Origin: an uncultured Gammaproteobacteria bacterium | Lineage (GTDB): Bacteria > Patescibacteriota > Microgenomatia > Levybacterales > GWA1-39-11 | Direction: 5' to 3' | Length of the DNA stretch: 64,000 nucleotides | Assembly: GCA_964531275.1 (NCBI GenBank) | Contig: CAZHDZ010000002.1 | Location: forward strand, 58,180 to 122,179 | In this document: piece after piece, positions 60,746 through 64,000 of the stretch | How positions within the stretch are numbered: the stretch's first letter is position 1 | How the letters are laid out: every line of letters begins with the position of its first letter | The notes under the pieces: model-generated | The model's input: the letters and a program-made list of their open reading frames with translations, nothing else | Told to the model about the DNA's origin: nothing | The model's database searches: none | Made by a program: the position numbers and the translations under genes

Positions 60746-60885
60746 CATCACACTTTCTCTGGCATACCGCTCGCCCTGTCCGCTCAGCGGACTGCTACGC
60801 AGCACACCGAAGGTCTCGCCGCTTATAAGCCTCTTTCCTCTTGTTTTTGACTGTCATTTTTCATATCCTAGACTTTACTACTCCT

Positions 60886-61332
60886 ATGAGGATCTCAAGC
60901 CCAGCCTTTACCGACAATGGTAAAATGCCCTTAAAATACACGTGTGATGGAGCTGATGTAAATCCTCCCTTAGCATTTGAAGATGTCCCTGAAGAAGCGC
61001 AAAGCCTTACCCTTCTTGTCGAAGACCCTGATTCTGTGGGAAAAACATGGTTACATTGGGCAGTATTCAATATAAATCCCGCTACTAAATACGTGAATGA
61101 GGATTCAGTGCCTGGCCATGGAAGTGAAGGAGTTACTGATTTTGGAAACGCTTCGTATGGAGGTCCCTGTCCGGCAAATGGAATTCACAGGTATAATTTC
61201 AAGCTTTTTGCTTTAGCTGACCGTCTTGACATAACAGAAGACGCTACGCTTGATGAAATCTATGATCTTATGGACGGAAATATAATTGAAAAAGCTGAAA
61301 TAACAGGGTTGTATTCTCGAGAAGAAGCTTAG
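60886..61332 (+). CDS. YbhB/YbcL-family PEBP (Raf-kinase-inhibitor-like) protein.
   Basis: GIHRYNFKLFAL (the HRY motif). The ORF is open from 60841, but the likely start is MRISSP at 60886. Confidence 0.75.
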   Translation: MRISSPAFTDNGKMPLKYTCDGADVNPPLAFEDVPEEAQSLTLLVEDPDSVGKTWLHWAVFNINPATKYVNEDSVPGHGSEGVTDFGNASYGGPCPANGIHRYNFKLFALADRLDITEDATLDEIYDLMDGNIIEKAEITGLYSREEA

Positions 61333-61706
61333 TGTAGATCTGTTCTTTCGTCGTGTATTTTGTCATGCCATCCCTCCATTAATTTAATCTCATCTCCCTG
61401 CGTTTTGATGATCGCATCTGAAAGTGTTTTTATTTCAGTCATTTCCGCATTCTCTTTGGCCATTTTTGCCATTTCAATTGCTCCGGCATGGTGCATGATC
61501 ATTTCGTGTAAAAATTCATTGTCAAATTCCTTGCCCTTTTTATTTTTAAGAGCTGTCGTCATGCCATCCATTACCATTTCGTTATGTGTTGGTTCTGCAT
61601 GCGACGCCTTTACTCTTCCACTCCAGTAGGATCCTGCTGCAAACCATGTAAGTATTGCGCCAGCAGCAAACGCGGCGATTATAAAGAAAATGTAATTACG
61701 CTTCAT
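61329..61706 (-). CDS. DUF305-family protein (metal-resistance associated), N-terminal TM.
   Basis: MIMHHAGAIEMAKMA motif. It overlaps the upstream ATPase gene by 4 nt. Confidence 0.6.
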   Translation of the reverse strand: MKRNYIFFIIAAFAAGAILTWFAAGSYWSGRVKASHAEPTHNEMVMDGMTTALKNKKGKEFDNEFLHEMIMHHAGAIEMAKMAKENAEMTEIKTLSDAIIKTQGDEIKLMEGWHDKIHDERTDLH

Positions 61707-64000
61707 AGGTTAACGCTTTCCGGAAAATACTTCCTTCTTATCAGCTTGTAAATTTCTGTCACTGCAACAAAAATAACAATACCTGAAAGAAGCTTAAGCC
61801 AGTCTATCACACCAAGTGATACTTGTTCAAATACTCCGCTTAAGAAAGGCAAATACATCCCGAAAAGAAGCAAGCTGAATGAGGTGGCAACACCCAGAAT
61901 TAAGCTTTTGTTGTTAAAGATGTCTTTCCTAAAAAGAGAAGTTGCGGTTGACCGGGCATTGAACGCCTGAGTCAGTTGCGCAATTACAAGCATCGCAAAT
62001 GCCATTGTTCTGGCTTTTTCAATTGCTGCGCCGCTTGCCATTTCAAAAAGAAACACAAACAGCATAAGTGCAGCCATTAATGCACCATGAAAGACTATGA
62101 AGATTATATCTGCGCGTCTAAATATCCCTTTTTTAGTATCACGTGGAGGCTTTTCCATAGTATTCTTTTCTAGTTCATCAAAACCCAGAGCAAGAGCAGG
62201 TGGTGTATCCGTAACTAAATTGAGCCATAGAATCTGCACAGGAGTAAATGGCAAGGGAATACCCGCAAGTGTTGCAATAAGAATGGAAATAACATTACTG
62301 ATATTGCAAGAGAGCAAATATCTGACAAATTTGCGTATGTTAGCAAATATCCTCCTACCCTCCTCGACGGCACTGACAATAGTTGCAAAATTATCATCAG
62401 CAAGAACAATATCTGCTGCTTGACGGGTAACATCTGTACCTTCTTTGCCCATTGCAACTCCTACGTTTGAATGTTTTATAGCTGCTGCATCATTAACCCC
62501 ATCTCCGGTCATAGCAACGACATATTTCATTCTACGAAGTGCATTAATAAGCATTAATTTATTCTCAGGACTTACACGCGCAAAAACCTTAGGAAAAGGA
62601 TGCAGATTCGTTATCTGTTGCTCGTCTAATTTGTCCAATTCATCCCCAGTCATTACTTCATCTTTCTGTGGGTCAAAAAATCCAAGACCTGCTGCGATAT
62701 TTGCAGCCGTTGCTGGATGATCACCTGTTATCATCATGACCTGAATTCCTGCTCTCCTACACTCCTCTACTGCTTTTTTTGCCTCAGGTCTAGCAGGGTC
62801 AAGAACGCCAACAAGGCCCAAAAAAATCATTTCCTGTTCTATTGTTTCAGGTTCCACATCGGCAGGAAGAGAGGTAAGATCTTTATAGGATATCGCAAGC
62901 ACGCGAAGCCCCCTACTTGCCATATCGGTATTTATTTGTTTGAATTTATTTCTCTTCTCCGAAGACATGCTTACGACTTTTCCGTCTTCTCGTATATACG
63001 TACACACATCTAATACTTCCTCAGGTGCTCCTTTTGTTAGAACCACAGTCTTTTCCTCGGGGTTTTTGTGTATGACGCTCATTCTTTTGCGGTCACTATC
63101 AAATGGCAGCCCCTCAATAAATGGCCATTTTGTTTCAAGAACTTCACGCTTCACATCCAGTTTGTGGGCAAGAACCTGCAAAGCAATTTCTGTGGGGTCA
63201 CCTACTGCATCCCAAACCCCATCTTCGTCTTTCTGAAGAACAGCGTCATTGCAAAGAGCAAGTACGGTAAGGGTCATTAGTAAATCGGATGACAATTCTT
63301 TAACTGGTTGATCATCGGCATAGATTTCTCCATCAGGTGTCATGCCGCTTCCAGAGACTGTATGAAGCTTCTCTCCTACCCATAAGTCGGTTGCAACCAT
63401 TTTTCCCTCTGTTAATGTGCCTGTTTTGTCAGAACAGATTACATTTACAGCCCCCAACGTCTCAACGGCTGGAAGACTTCTAACAATTGCATTCCTCTTT
63501 GCCATATGCTGGACTCCGATTGCCATAGTAACGGTAACAACTGCAACAAGGCCCTCAGGAATGACCGCAACTGCAAGACTAATAACCGTGAAAAGAAGGT
63601 CGTGTAGATCTCGCCCCTGAAGGAGTCCAATGACGAAAATAAGAGAGCTTACTGATAAGGCTGCTATGACTAAATATTTGCCTAAGGAATTCAAGTTCTT
63701 TTGCAATGGCGTTGGTTTTTCATATGGGATTGCAAGTGTTGCAGCAATTCGTCCTATTTGAGTTGTTGCACCTACTTCAACTACTATCCCTTGCCCATTT
63801 CCAGCGGCTATAACAGTTCCCATAAAAGCCATATTAAGTTGGTCGCCTACCGATACCTTGTTCTCTATGATGTCTTCAGCATCTTTTTGGGATGGTGTAG
63901 ATTCTCCTGTCAAAACAGATTCATTTATTTCAAGACCAACAGACGTGAGCAGTCGAAGATCTGCCGGAATAATATCTCCTTCTTCAAGAATAACTATATC
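61703..64000 (-). CDS. P-type cation-transporting ATPase, P2-type (PEGL motif), 5'-partial: it continues beyond the window edge.
   Basis: TGES (VLTGES spans the first predicted codon), CSDKTGTLT, MITGDH, GDGVNDAAA, and IPEGL in TM4 (not CPC). The frame is open to nt 64000. Confidence 0.85.
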   Translation of the reverse strand, partial: DIVILEEGDIIPADLRLLTSVGLEINESVLTGESTPSQKDAEDIIENKVSVGDQLNMAFMGTVIAAGNGQGIVVEVGATTQIGRIAATLAIPYEKPTPLQKNLNSLGKYLVIAALSVSSLIFVIGLLQGRDLHDLLFTVISLAVAVIPEGLVAVVTVTMAIGVQHMAKRNAIVRSLPAVETLGAVNVICSDKTGTLTEGKMVATDLWVGEKLHTVSGSGMTPDGEIYADDQPVKELSSDLLMTLTVLALCNDAVLQKDEDGVWDAVGDPTEIALQVLAHKLDVKREVLETKWPFIEGLPFDSDRKRMSVIHKNPEEKTVVLTKGAPEEVLDVCTYIREDGKVVSMSSEKRNKFKQINTDMASRGLRVLAISYKDLTSLPADVEPETIEQEMIFLGLVGVLDPARPEAKKAVEECRRAGIQVMMITGDHPATAANIAAGLGFFDPQKDEVMTGDELDKLDEQQITNLHPFPKVFARVSPENKLMLINALRRMKYVVAMTGDGVNDAAAIKHSNVGVAMGKEGTDVTRQAADIVLADDNFATIVSAVEEGRRIFANIRKFVRYLLSCNISNVISILIATLAGIPLPFTPVQILWLNLVTDTPPALALGFDELEKNTMEKPPRDTKKGIFRRADIIFIVFHGALMAALMLFVFLFEMASGAAIEKARTMAFAMLVIAQLTQAFNARSTATSLFRKDIFNNKSLILGVATSFSLLLFGMYLPFLSGVFEQVSLGVIDWLKLLSGIVIFVAVTEIYKLIRRKYFPESVNL

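Noticed and set aside
60841-60885. N-terminal 15 codons of the PEBP ORF (MFLTVIFHILDFTTP).
   Set aside because: A hydrophobic extension not typical of YbhB/YbcL proteins. The likely start is the Met at 60886 (MRISSPAFTDNG). The upstream part is probably an ORF-finder artefact in the tRNA-Gly trailer.
62097-63630. Plus- and minus-strand ORFs 62097..62423, 62215..62457, 62445..62720, 62717..63013, 62940..63236, 63417..63620 and 63445..63630.
   Set aside because: All are inside the P-type ATPase gene, which has unmistakable DKTGT, TGDN-like and GDGVNDAAA motifs on the minus strand.

Overview
This 64-kb window reads as a compact, AT-moderate bacterial chromosome segment using the standard genetic code (TGA is used as a stop). 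Two things dominate it. The first is a giant highly repetitive T/G/N/S/A-rich surface-protein gene, at least 8,234 codons long, which is open at the 5' window edge and ends at 24781. It is followed by a cell-surface gene island (a membrane-anchored beta-lactamase-like serine hydrolase, a secreted PKD-domain protein, a large W-repeat exoprotein and an O-antigen-ligase/TPR membrane protein). The second is a dense housekeeping block. It contains the conserved thrS-infC-rpmI-rplT-(NUDIX)-pheS-pheT cluster, HD and HIT hydrolases, and a 5-gene cluster pairing an MR/MLE enolase-superfamily enzyme and an M20 peptidase with three unknowns. It also contains ilvA-ridA, short trigger factor, a CaCA antiporter, tandem SLT-like paralogs, MBOAT plus a partner protein, a PEBP protein, DUF305, and a P2-type P-type ATPase that runs off the 3' edge. 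Seven tRNA genes are present (Val-GAC, Leu-TAG, Leu-CAG, Leu-GAG, Val-TAC, Phe-GAA, Gly-GCC). Inference: truncated ThrRS and PheT, a PPIase-less trigger factor, a giant surface protein and sparse metabolism fit a Patescibacteria (CPR)-like episymbiont. Non-coding features no ORF explains: a ~390-nt RNase P RNA (rnpB) hidden under a spurious 146-aa ORF; a ~125-nt small RNA with a consensus sigma70 promoter and intrinsic terminator; and a recurring leader architecture 5' of four genes (ilvA, the acidic protein gene, the 546-aa gene and the 336-aa gene) in which a CCUCCC/GGGAGG hairpin + U7 sequesters the downstream ribosome-binding site and has an upstream decoy copy of its 3' arm. Also unexplained are partial copies of tRNA termini next to four tRNA loci, a conserved double hairpin trailing two tRNAs, and a 14-nt GCAAGCTTCGCTTA motif shared by a 43-bp tandem repeat and the rpmI-rplT spacer. 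No CRISPR array, cas gene, reverse transcriptase, transposase or integrase was recognised.
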